This document shows positions 49,635 to 61,905 of a stretch of 64,000 bases of DNA, one piece after another. The translations under genes and the position numbers were made by a program. This stretch comes from Podarcis filfolensis (taxonomy: Eukaryota), in assembly GCA_964270895.1 (NCBI GenBank), contig OZ185438.1; one strand, written 5' to 3'. The notes below the pieces were generated by a model. It did not search any database, was not told the origin of the DNA, and saw only the letters and a program-made list of their open reading frames with translations. How positions within the stretch are numbered: the stretch's first letter is position 1; each line of letters starts with the position of its first letter.

Positions 49635-51974
49635 CACGACTGAGCTGAATGGACTGGGGATCCAGCCTAAGGCCCTGCCCCCTCCAGATCCTGGCCCCAG
49701 AACATCTCTTTTCAATGAAATTGCACCATCTTCAGATGGCTTATATGGCTATATCACCACATTTCAATATCATGAGGTTAAAAAAGAATCCTTTATAGAT
49801 CTTTCAAATATTATTAGCGGTAATTATGTTTCCAAGACTGGTTCTGAAATTCCAAACAATTACGAAAAAATTGTTGAGCACTTTGAGACAGAAACAATTA
49901 ATAAATGGCCACCAGATGCATTCCTGCCACTCCATGTATTTTAACACTCACCCTGTATTGACTAAAGTGTCAGGAATGGCATGTAATAGTAGGCCGGGCT
50001 GGGCTTTCAGTTGCTCATTGATTTTTGTCCTCTGATAGTTTTGAAATGAAAGTGAAGGCAGGATGATGAACATCAAAACTGAGATTTACCAAATGGAGAG
50101 TAAAAATCTTTACGGGAAAATCTGTGATTGCCTCTGATAGAATTACCTGTATTGCTGTAATAGCAAATGATATGAATTATTATTTTGGATGAGAATGACA
50201 GACACAGTCAATACTAATGGCATCAGAAGTGGCTGCACATGACGAGTGAGTCACTTTTTCACATCCGGTAGACAGATCTAACATTTCTACATATCTGCTC
50301 TGGTCGACAGTGATGCCAAAGGATCAATGCTCCAATCTGGCTAGGAGCATAGAGACACATTTCTACAGACATGCATTTCTAGTTAGATGAGGAACTGCAC
50401 ACTCAAATGAATCCCTAACCCAGATTAGCAGCTGGGGGTGCTTAAATGAAGTGTGATAGTATCACAGGCAATAGTTGGATTCAGTTCTTTCCCTTAAAAG
50501 ATGGCAGTTGAGTGTTAAATACCTCGTGCAATTAGAATTATTTGAGGGGGAGAGCAGACCATGATCACTATGCCTGTATTGTGGTTACATCCCTGGTCTC
50601 ACTGCTGTCCAGATTGAGGAGAAAGTCTGAGGAGAGAATACTGCTCTGCAAGTGAAGGCCCCTTGTGCAATTTAAAACCTTGGCCAGGTAAACCAGGCTC
50701 CCCACTTCAAACCTTCTCTTCAGGTATGTGGATGGCAGTGAGGGGATATGTCTGGGCATGGGTTGAGGATGTGGCAAGCATAGCCCTGCTCTCCCCTTAC
50801 GGGATTCTGATTTTGTGTGGCGATGAATACTTGTACATGGCTATTGTTCATTCCTACAGTGAGATCTGGGCCCAAGATAATTAAGTGTAAAGTTATCGAC
50901 CTACATGCAAAGCATATTCTGACCTAATTATATTTTCCCTGTCAGAATGTTATTAAAGAAATCACTTAAAATGCATTTAATATCATTTACAACCCTGTGT
51001 TTATCTGGTCTAGCTGAGGCTATATCTACAAATTGATTGACTCTCTAATACAAGAGAGGATTGATGCAATTTATATTCATACAGAAACAACAGAACCATT
51101 TCAGACAATGACACAGAGGTCTACACCTTTCAGGTGGATACTGAAATTGCTAATAATTTTAGATAGAGAGATTCTTTGAGGGAATAACATTTACTTTATA
51201 TTCCATCTGAGCATTATAAGACTGTCAAATTTGCACTGGTATAATGCAATCAGGTAATTTTGAGATTTAGTGAGATCACTAATTAATACTGCCTATTCCT
51301 TGTGATGTCATATTTGGTCAGGGTAACACGTGGCTTAGAGTTGTGATAGCATGAGGGGATGTATCAGAGCATCACAACATAAATCATATAGAATAATAAT
51401 TTTAAAAAACCAGTGAAACAATTACAATCTACAAAACACAAAGCAGCAGCTAAAATATAAGCTGAACATCAGAATTAAAACAAAAGTCATATTTCATTAC
51501 TAACAAATCAATACAGCCTTTGTAATCTATAAAACAATATTAACAACATGAACAAAATAGCAGCCAAAAAATAAACTAAACATTGTTAAGTCCATGCACA
51601 TACTCTCCACACCCCATTGACTCATAATATTTCAGTCTATTCAGCTCATTAAAATACAAAGACACATAATGCTCATTGCAGCAGCCCCCTTTTGGAAGTT
51701 TCCTTGGGCTGAAGGTCCCCACAGGTGAAACCAACCACCCATTGATGGAAAACATAGTCTCTCTCGTGCTCCCCTCACAGTTTTTCCTCTGGAAATAACA
51801 CACTTATGAAGGCTCCTAGGGCTGGAGGGTGGGGCAAGGCAGCTGGAAAAAGCCTCTTCCTGCTGGCCAACAAAGAGTCTCTCTCACTCTCACCATCTCT
51901 GTATACCAGTACATATACCCCCCTATATGTACAGCACTGACCTTTTCCCACTATGAAATAGGGGTCCCTGTGGA

Positions 51975-52329
51975 CAGCAACGGAGCAAGCCGATCTGGTG
52001 CCTGGGGCAGCACGTGTGCCCTGCACCCAGGGGTGGGGCCAGCCACCTGTGGGGAGGGCGAGCTGGGACAGGACGCTCCGTGGGGCCTCCAATGACTCTG
52101 CCTGCCTCCTCCCACTCAGCTGCTCTACAGCTGAGGGGGAAGTGGCGGGTGGACCATTTGGGGCAGTGTGGAGCCTGCGAGTGCCCAAGCCACCGCGTCA
52201 TTCCCAGGAGAGAAGCGTGTCTCGGGCATGCTGCAGGCCCCACAGTGAGTGTCACCCAGCATTTTTTCACCCCCCTCAGTGGTGACATCCGGGGCAGCCC
52301 GCCCCCACCGCGCCCTTCCTCTGCCCCTG
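51975..52329. mobile_element. GC-rich hAT-type MITE
   Basis: Homologous to 60729-61063; TSD cctgtgga / cctgtaga (7 of 8 match). Confidence 0.85.
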
Positions 52330-52807
52330 CCTGTAGACACCCAGACAGGAATGGTATAACAATGTAATTATCCATATTCCCATTAAAATAAATTCAGTTT
52401 CTTTGTCCTATTCTTTTCTGCTTGATTTTATCTCTATCCTCCCACCCCTGCCTGCCTGGAGCTTTTGCACTGCTGTCCACTTCCTGTCTTCTATGACCCC
52501 TCACTTTGCATGGGCTTCTCTTCTCTTACCCCCTTGGAAAGCTGCTTCCTCCTCTCCCTGCTTCACCCTTGCTTTGCGTTGTGCTCAACTTACCACCCCT
52601 GCAAAAGTTTGTTCATTCCTTCATTCGCTCATTCCTGGATAGCTCAGTAGGCTAGAGCATGGTGTGGATAACATCAAGGTTGCAAGTTTGGTGATCTTCT
52701 GGGTCATTCCAGCTCTGTAATTCCTTCTCTGCTGACTTATTAACCTGATGGTGTATTTTACTGTATCTCTCATTAATTCTATTACTTGATTGTTGATTTT
52801 ATATATA

Positions 52808-53050
52808 CAGTGGTACCTCTGGTTAAGAATTTAATTTGTTCCAGGGGTCCGTTCTGAACCTGAAACTGTTCTTAACCTGAGGTACCACTTTAGCTACTGG
52901 GGCCTCCTGCTGCCACCAAGCTGCCACATTGCGATTTCTATTCTCATCCTGAGGTAAAGTTCTTAACCCGACGTACTACTTCCAGGGTTAGTGGAGTCTG
53001 TAACCTGAAGCTTCTGTGAGCTGAAGCATTTGTAACCTGAAGTACCACTG
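52808..53050. mobile_element. Tigger/pogo-type MITE (cagtggtacc family)
   Basis: TIRs with TA TSD. Confidence 0.92.
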
Positions 53051-54057
53051 TAGTTGGTTGGTTGCTGTAAGTTAATACATAATTTGACTTGATGTCGCAG
53101 CTAAACCCAGGCTCATGTTTTATTTTCCCTGGTCAAATCATGGTGGTAAGCCATTGAACAAACCTTGGTTCCAGCTTGTGGTTTGTCTGGTGTGAAATAA
53201 ACCACAAACCCAGCTTGAATGCAACATGGTTTGACTTAGTGTTACATGCAAACCTTGTCACTTATGTTCTCAGATCAGCAAAATTGGGATATTGTTGACT
53301 GGATCAAATTAAATGAGAATTGTTTAAGAAATTAAGAAGTGTAATAGAGATGCTGGGGAGACAGTTTATAATTAAAAGCTTGTCAAGTTATTTGTTACTG
53401 GAGTAATGTGCAATGAGCCCTATTTGCTTCAAGGAGTCTTGAAAGAGTACATTTTTTAAAAGAAATATGAGTGAAAAGGCTAAAATTACATGAGAAATGG
53501 ATGAGATTTAAGATGACAGAGAGCACCATAAAGTGCAAGAAATAAGGCTTTGTGAAATAAATTAGGAAATATGGTGAGATACCTTATTATGTGTTTCCCA
53601 CTCTAACTTATTTAAGTGAATGTGTAATAAAGCAAAAATACTGGGTCAATTTCACCCAAGTATGTGGCCTTCCTTGGAGGAGCAGAACAGAAGAATCAAA
53701 TGGAAAGCTAATGCAATTGGATTAGCAGAAATTCAGTATTGCCAGCATTGAGTGAAAAGTTTGTTGTATGATTTAAAAAAACCATGGTGCAGTAAGGAAG
53801 CCCTATCATCTGTATAATAGGCAGATATTTATTTCACATAAAAAAGACATGGCTGGAGGGATGCATTGAACTTGGTGACAGTTTCTCCAAGCATAGGTTA
53901 TGGTGTCATATATTTTGCTGATTATGTAGTAAAGCTTGATTTTTTTTTTAAGTACCCCTTTATTTACTCCTTTATAGAGTTTTAAGGTTCTTAAAATATC
54001 CTCTTGTCCTTTCAATTTTTCTTAGTTGCCTGTTGGCATTTGCAACTTAGTAAAATG

Positions 54058-54963
54058 CAGTGGTTACAGATACTTCAGGTTACAGACTCCGCTAACCCGG
54101 AAGTAGTACCTCGGGTTAAGAACTTTACCTCAGGATGAGAACAGAAATCGCGTGGCAGCGGCGCAGTGGCAGCGGGAAGCCCCATTAGCTAAAGTGGTAC
54201 CTCAGGTTTGATGCGGAAATTACAGGGGTGTGGGCACATCTTTAAAGTTGTTAAATGTTACAAATATTGTGCCTGAATGTATTCTTTCAACTTGACAGCT
54301 CAGGGAAGTTACCTAGCTTTAAAAATAATATAAAATCAACTCCTTTGCCAGTTTCCTCCATTCCAAAGCTATTTTCCCCTTGAAAAAGCACTCCAGGAAG
54401 TTCCCAAAGGTGAGAATTGCTGGGCTTATTGTTAGCCAAGGGAAGCCAAATCTCATCACCTGACTTGCCTCAGGCAGGCTCCAGACATGCAAAGGAAGTT
54501 CTATTGTACTTTTGGGTGGTGGGTACTTAAGACATATTTGTCTATGCTAATCTTATACCTGAGTCTGCCATGTCTGCTTATGCTAATCTTGTACCAAGGA
54601 CTTGTCTGGACATGTTTGCCAAAGTTAACCCCTCCCCTTTTGTGACATGTCAGTGATGTAGCAATGATGCTATACGAACTGTATTCTGGGATATGGTGGG
54701 AAAGTTTTAAAAGTCTTTGTCACCCCATCATCAGGGTTCAAAATTGCTCTTTGAACCTATTGTGCAATAAACTTTGGTCTACAGCTCTTTGCTCCGGTTG
54801 GCTGGAATCCTTCCTTTATTCCGCAGGGACCCGCGGGCTCTGCCCGACGAGCTGGGTGACTGAGCAGCCTCATACCTAGATTTTTCCGTGACAGGTTAAG
54901 AACAGTTTCAGGTTAAAAATGGACCTCCAGAACGAATTAAGTTCTTAACCTGAGGTACCACTG
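54058..54963. mobile_element. Tigger/pogo-type MITE split by a solo LTR
   Basis: Left part 54058-54208 and right part 54894-54963 are collinear with intact copies. Confidence 0.9.
54209..54893 (+). mobile_element. Solo LTR, 685 bp
   Basis: TG...CA ends (tgatgcggaaa / ttccgtgaca), exact 4-bp TSD ggtt, AATAAA at 54766-54771. Confidence 0.92.
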
Positions 54964-55206
54964 TATAACCAATGTTACTTATCTCTTTTGTGCTATCAGC
55001 ACCACAGTGAGGCAGGTCACCTTTCGTACAGAGGGCTTTTGAACAAAGATAGGCCAAGCAAGAACAAAGTCTTCATGGCCATGTTTATCTGAAGTGAAAA
55101 ACAAGCACAGAACAAGTGTAGCTATTGACCCTTTTCTGAATACAGTTCCAAGTGGTGGTGTTTTACATTTGAAGGCCTAGAAATCTTTGCTGTTGGGTAT
55201 CTGGAG

Positions 55207-55453
55207 AAGAAGAAGAGTTTGGATTTGATATCCCGCTTTATCACTACCCGAAGGAGTCTCAAAGAGGCTAACATTCTCCTTTCCCTTCCTCCCCCACAAT
55301 AAACACTCTGTGAGGTGAGTGGGGCTCAGAGACTTCAGAGAAGTATGACTAGCCCAAGGTCACCCAGCAGCTGCATGTGGAGGAGTGGAGACGCGAACCC
55401 GGTTCACCAGATTACGAGTCCACCGTTCTCAACCACTACACCACACTGGTTCT
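55207..55453 (-). mobile_element. Squam3-like tRNA-derived SINE with L2-like tail
   Basis: Minus strand reads A box tggtgtagtggtt, B box gggttcgcgtctcc, and a (ctt)n tail. Confidence 0.8.
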
Positions 55454-55601
55454 CGAGTGGAGGAGTTCTTCCTTCTCCCTCAGGGTGGCAAAGGAGGCAT
55501 TTTTGGTCCTTCAGATGTTGCTGAACTCTTGCCAGTATGGCCAATGGTCAGGGATGATACAGTCATACAATGTCTGCAAGTTCACCACCCTTGTGCTAGG
55601 T

Positions 55602-55738
55602 CAGGCTTCCTCAACCTTGGCCCTCCAGATGTTTTTGGCCTACAACTCCCATGATCCCTAGCTAAGCAGGACCAGTGGTTAGGGATGATGGGAACTGTAG
55701 TCTCAAAACATCTGGAGGGCCGAGGTTGAGGAAGCCTG
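55602..55738. mobile_element. hAT MITE, 137 bp
   Basis: TIR caggcttcctcaacct; perfect 8-bp TSD tgctaggt. Confidence 0.93.
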
Positions 55739-58404
55739 TGCTAGGTGAACCTGCCTACTCAACCAAGAGCATCAGAGGGACTTCTCCAGCTGCCTCCTCC
55801 TTCACAATCAGTCACAGTCAGTTTATTTATATACCACATTCCCCAAATATTGTGCTTAAAGCATTTTATGGAAACTGGTCTGGCTATAATAATGCTATAA
55901 CCATAATACGTAATGAAAGTCTTACCACAACAGTTAACAATTTAAGAAGTAAGAGTTCATTGAATATAGCTTTTAAAAAGTAGGCATTAAAAGATCATGG
56001 CAAAGTTTTCACCTTTTGCATTTGCCATGAATGGAGTACGGATTCTTTAACATCCAGCCCCACTTATTATGTATAAATATTTGCAGAAAACACCTTCTAA
56101 GGTGTACCTGATCTCAGGCAAACCCATCACAAGATAGATGCATCCTGGTTGCTAGGATGGGGAAATTTTGAAGATTCTAATCACAAGCAAATGAGGCATA
56201 TATGGTAAAGAAATGCTCACCAAAGAGGAAAGGGAAATCTCTCTAGGATCCCAGGGATTTATAGAATTCACTTGCCAATAACAGCTTTGGCTACAAGTGC
56301 CAAAAGCAGGAGCAGCCAGCCTGTGCCATCTCACAAAAAGTTGCTTAGAAGGTTGCCAGCACATTTTGTGTCATAACTTTTGTTCTAGAAGGAGTTAGGT
56401 GCTTAGTGGTCACATTTATTATTTTATTAAAGGTTTGCCTTTAAAAGGTGGGGTAGAAATATATTTAAAAAATGTTCTTGACTGCTACCCACCCTGGAAA
56501 ACAAAATGAGCAGTTATAATAACATATTTGGAGATCATGCTTGCTTCACTGCCCTCATTTCACTATATTTTCTTTTCCATTCTTTCAAATGAAGGGAGAG
56601 CAGAACTGCCTAAGCTCAAGGCTCACTGTAGCACATCCTCATAATACAAAACCGATTTTTTTTTTTTTTTGAATTTACATGTGAAACTTCCATTGATTTT
56701 GCATGTTTAAATGAGCCAACACAGGTTAATCGCTGCAGGAAAAACTTTCATTTCCTATTATGCCATCTCAAGCATAATACTAATCCAATGGAAACATTGA
56801 GGTCCATGATTATGTACTGAATGGTAAGGGAATGAGAGATCAAGGGAAATGCATGTATTTCAGAACAAGCTCCTTTCTTGGGTTAAAAAATAATTTTAAA
56901 TCTAGTTAAAAGGAATTGTTCTTGTTTCTGTGGTTTTGCCATAGTGACTTCCCTTATTGAGTTAAATATTGCTTATCCCACTCTTCAGGCAAGAAAGGCT
57001 CCTGGAGCAACTTGCAAATATAAACAGGACACTGATATGCCCTACCCTCAGGCTTCGAGTCTAAAAGCTATGATATGAAAAGGAGAAATGACGGGAGAAG
57101 GAACAAAACAAGCTCATGCAGCAGTTCTGAGTTAGAGAGTTCTCTTTTGACAACTATAAAGACTAGAGAACAGCAGCTACAGGTATCTGATGGCCTTTCA
57201 GCACAGGTGATGGAAATGCCCTGAAATCTCTCCTCTCTTCCTTTCCTTTCCTGTTGCCTAATGAAAGAATGTACTGATGAATTTACTATTCAGGTAGGAG
57301 TCTGATGCAGCTTTTTTTAGCAACAGAATGAATGGAGAGACCTTGAGTCTGTAGCTCACTGGAACATTTTACCTTAGTCACAGGTTCAAATCCAGTGTTT
57401 TACTTACTAAAATACGTAAGAGCATGGGGGTGTCTACACCAACCTTTCACTCGAGAGAGGGTTTCTTGGGAGATGCTGTGGCTTATCATTCTCTGCCTCT
57501 GTCTCCCATCCATTTTTCACATCAAAGATTCACTACTAAGCATACTTGCCAGGGGGGAAAGTCACATTGAACTCTGGAGGGATTACTCCTGGATAAACAT
57601 ATTTTGGATCAGTTTGGGCAACTAACCAACCAGGATGAGGGAAATCCTCCATGTGAGAGGCTACTGCAGAGTGCAAATAGCTTATTAAATGTCTTAAACC
57701 GTTTCTCATTTATTGCATCTGTTATTTACCAATTGGCTTGCAGCTGAGATTGCTGCCAAAAAAAGAGAAAAGAAAAGGTCCAGTAAAGTACTATAAATCC
57801 ACTGATTATTTTTAGCCCTAGAATGCAAAGCTGGGTTTGAATTCAATATTTCTCACAGCCCATTATGTGTATGCACTTGTTTGTTTTTCAAGTTAGAAAT
57901 GGGTCAATCAATGCCATGCCTCTATTTGAAATAACATTTGTATAGCAAACACTGTGTATTTTTAAAATTACCTTACTTGTCATGCATACATTCCTATCAA
58001 AATGCTCTCTAAAACCCAGCTATTTGGACATGATGTTTTATAAGGCATTTTTCGTCTTAAGGGGTGAATCTCATTTTAGAAAGAATATCCCTTTCACACA
58101 GTAAATTCCTGTTCTTCCAGACTTTCCATATCCAGATAGTTGCGCATGCATTTTATAGCTTCATCTATCCAAAATGGTATATACATTAAGTCATCTTATG
58201 TTTTGATTATCATTCCACATCTATGGTGTTGATAGCATGACTCATACAGTATGGTTTACCATAATATAATTTTGTTTGTTTCTTCTTTCTTTCCTGGCAT
58301 ATACTTATCTCTAGATGTGGGGAAAATCAAATGCATAAAAGGAAAAGAAATATTTTCTTGAACTGCACATGGTGAGGAGAGTACAGAGATATATTTTATG
58401 GGAA

Positions 58405-58525
58405 TACAGCAGTGATGGACAACCTGTAGGTCTTCAGAGGTTGTCAGACTACAACTCCCATCATTCATGACTGAGGTTGATGGGAGTTGGAGCTCAACAT
58501 CTGAAAAACCTCAGGTCCCCCATCC
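58405..58525. mobile_element. Degraded copy of the 136-bp hAT MITE family
   Basis: actacaactcccatc...gatgggagttg...aacatctg core. Similar remnants near 6715-6790, 35230-35330 and 47042-47135. Confidence 0.55.
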
Positions 58526-59527
58526 TTAGACTATACAATGTCCCTGCCATTCTCTGCTTTATCTCCCTAGTGCAGGGCACATTGCAATGTGCATAGATAG
58601 CAAATTGAGATTATCTTGCACATCCCTTGAGGCATCTGAAGGCCAAGCTCTTCTTAGGCCCCATAAAAGCAGAACAAGGATTTCTGTAGAGCTCCATTTC
58701 AGTATCAGGGAAGGTCTGACCATGAGCAGTGGCTGCCAGCAGCTGCAACACACTACAGTGGGCAAATGCAGGATATCTTTGGACAACTGCTGGGCATTTT
58801 GGATTTGGATACATTCTGGGACATTTGTGGAAAATTTAGACTAGTGCAGTCGCCCATCACACAAGGTAAACACCCACACAAAATCTGAGGGAATAGGCAA
58901 GCAAGTTGACCCCATCAGGTGCCAAAAGGTGTTCTGAATTGCTAGATGATGATATCAGACCTGAATGCACTAATCAGAACCACAGCTGTAGCCCAGTACT
59001 GGATGACTTTTGCTGAAGTAGGCAAGTTTTGCTTCATCCATCTAATCCTTTCTGGATTTTAGGAGAATACATTTTACACAATAACTGATTCAACCACACA
59101 CACAGAGAACCCAAGAGAAGACCACAGGCGCCGAGTTGCGCCCAACATTTGTGAGGGGCTGTGTGTGCATGTGATGATTGTTGCATCAGGAGAGGCAGGC
59201 CAGGCCTCCTGTCTGTGCAACATTCACACACCAGGCTGTGTTGGTTGGCCCAGGGTGACATCCTGCCAGGCCTCTCTGGCCACTCAAGGTTGGAGTGGGG
59301 GCTGAGCCCTGTCCCAGCAGATATTGGGGGTTGTAGAGGCCTCAGCCCCATAGAGTTGGTGCACCTAGATAAGACTATGGAAGATAGGGAAGATTCCAGC
59401 ATTCTAACTTTGATCCATGCATCAGGTTCAGTCTACACCTGCAGATGAGGGAAGTAAAATGATAAGGTGCACACAGTGAGTGGGATAATATTCCATAGAC
59501 TCCCATGTTTAAACCTCCCCAGATATA

Positions 59528-59768
59528 CAGTGGTACTTGGGTTAAGTACTTAATTCGTTCCGGAGGTCCGTACTTAACCTGAAACTGTTCTTAACCTGAA
59601 GCACCACTTTAGCTAATGGGGCCTCCTGCTGCCGCTGCACCATCGGAGCACGATTTCTGTTCTCATCCTGAAGCAAAGATCTTAACCTGAAGCACTATTT
59701 CAGGGTTAGTGGAGTCTGTAACCTGAAGCGTGTGTAACCTGAAGCATATGTAACCTGAGGTACCACTG
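59528..59768. mobile_element. Tigger/pogo-type MITE (cagtggtacc family)
   Basis: TIRs with TA TSD. Confidence 0.92.
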
Positions 59769-60728
59769 TACAAAATTAGCACAACCCAGCTAAGGGTTAT
59801 GCTGGAACTTTTCTACCTGACCTGGTATTTTATTTGCAGAGTTTTGTTGTCTTTGTTTCCATGGAGGAACAGTCATTGTTTGAGAGACTGGAGATGTTGC
59901 AGCTGCTTTATTTTTCTCCTCAAGAACCATTTTATCACAACTGTCTTCATATTTCCTTCTGCTTTGTCCATTCCTCAAGGCCCATCTGATTTTTACAGCA
60001 CCCATTTTATTTTTATTGTACTGTAGGACTTCTCCCATTTCCCCCCTTTGGAGTATGATCTAATTTTCTCTCTCACCTAAAAATGACACAGCCTGTGGTA
60101 AAATACAAACATTTTCTCAAGGTAACTGGTTGCCAGAATTCAACTGCCTGAAGTAAAGGAGTTCAGTTCCTTTCAGAGGAATCTTACGCCTTCCCTTTCC
60201 CCAGTTGTCTGCCTTTATATTTATCTCCGGGCTCCTAAAATAAACAGAGCTCTTTGTCTGCATTGTAGATTATATCAAGATAGCAAACAACGAATGGAGC
60301 ACCTTGGAAGCAACCTTACAAGAAAATGCTAGTAAATATACCTCACACTGAAAAAGCATTGATGTCTTCCTGGTTGCCTCTAGAAATCGCAGGAATCCCA
60401 GAGGTGGCAGCTCCAGCTACTAGAAGATTGTTAAAGCATGACAGAGAGGGTTCTCCCACTCCTTTCCTGCTATCATATTGCACCCATATATGGAATAAAG
60501 TGGTGAGACACATGCATTGGGTTTAAAAGAGACACTACATATTACATAGGTGATAGGATGTCTGCATGCATATGGAACACTGCGGGAACTGTCGCTGGAG
60601 AGAGCCTGACCCTGCACTGAACAGCTTGTCGGCTTCCATCTCATCTGGTCATACCTTTTGGGGGGTTAAGGGAAGCTCTTTTGGGTTACTCCCCCTGCCC
60701 CAAGCCCCAACATTGTGGGTGTATTAAT

Positions 60729-61063
60729 CAGTGGCGGAGCAAGCCGATCGGGCACCGGGGCAGTGTGTGTGCCCGGCACTCAGGGGCAGGGCCAGCTGGG
60801 ACAGGATGCTCCAGGGGGCCTCTGAGGAGTCTGTCTGCCTCCTCCCATTCAGCTGCCCTACAACTGAGGGGGAGGCAGCGGGCAGACCATTTGGGGCAGC
60901 GCGGAGCCTGCAGATGCCCAAGCCGCCATGTCACTCCCAGGAGAGATGCGTGCCTCGGGTGCTCTGCAGGCCCCGTGGTGAGTGCCGCCCGGCATTTTAT
61001 TACCCCCTCAGAGGTGACACCCGGGTCAGACTGCCCCTACCGCACCCCCTTCCTCCGCCCCTG
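60729..61063. mobile_element. GC-rich hAT-type MITE
   Basis: TIR cagtggcggag / ctccgcccctg; TSD gtattaat / gtattaac. Confidence 0.88.
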
Positions 61064-61483
61064 GTATTAACCAGACAAGCTCTAAAGAGTCTGCATGTTT
61101 TCTTCATTTTTTTTTATTAGGCGTAAGATCATTTCCCACCCTTTTAAAGAAACATAAAAATAGAAAAAATAACAGAAGTGCAAAGGAGGCCACATATCCA
61201 TTCTTTTAGATTTTCAACAACACACGAAGTTGGGAGGAAACACATGTCAGTAGAAACATTAAGAAGTCCATATTTCCCACACTGGTAGCACCAAAGAGGC
61301 AAGTTGTATTGGTATAAATAATAAAGTCCTACCACACAGTATAAAAATGTTCTGGATATTCTAAGCCTTTTGAAATTTTCATATTGTGGTTTATCTTTTC
61401 TGTGATCATCAGGTTCCATATGTTTTTATACCACAAGGATATTTGCAGGCCCTGCAGAGTCTTCCATTTTTGTGCAAGCAGTA

Positions 61484-61724
61484 CAGTCGTACCTTGGAAG
61501 TTGAACAGAATCTGTTCCGGAAGTCCGTTCGACTTCCAAAACATTTGGAAACCAAAACACGGCTTCTGATTGGCTGCAGGAAGCTCCTGCGGCCAATTGG
61601 AAGACGTAGAAGCCCCATGGGAGATTTGGGTTCCTAAGAACGTTCGCAAACTCACTTTTGAGTTTACAACATTTGGGAGCCAAAACGTCTAAGTACCAAG
61701 GCGTTCAGGATCCAAGGTACTACT
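61484..61724. mobile_element. Tigger/pogo-type MITE (cagtcgtacc subfamily)
   Basis: Starts ta|cagtcgtaccttgg and ends ccaaggtactact; accounts for most of the overlapping ORFs at 61329-61683. Confidence 0.82.
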
Positions 61725-61877
61725 TCTTTAGATTGCATTCTTTGAGTATGACCATCTCATATATTTAGAAATGAAAGCTAGGTGGGTCATTTGTACAGTA
61801 GTCTTCAATGTAATAGATACCTCCTGATGCTCATTAGACAAAAACCGTTTTGTCAGTGGACACTCCCTCCATAACTG

Positions 61878-61905
61878 GGTGTGTGTGTGTGTGTGTGTGT
61901 GTGTG
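61878..61905. repeat. (GT)n microsatellite
   Basis: Direct reading; another lies at about 30776-30812. Confidence 0.95.

Noticed and set aside
61144-61683. Dense stack of overlapping ORFs
   Set aside because: Largely explained by the Tigger-type MITE at 61484-61724; the remaining peptides lack convincing paired splice sites.
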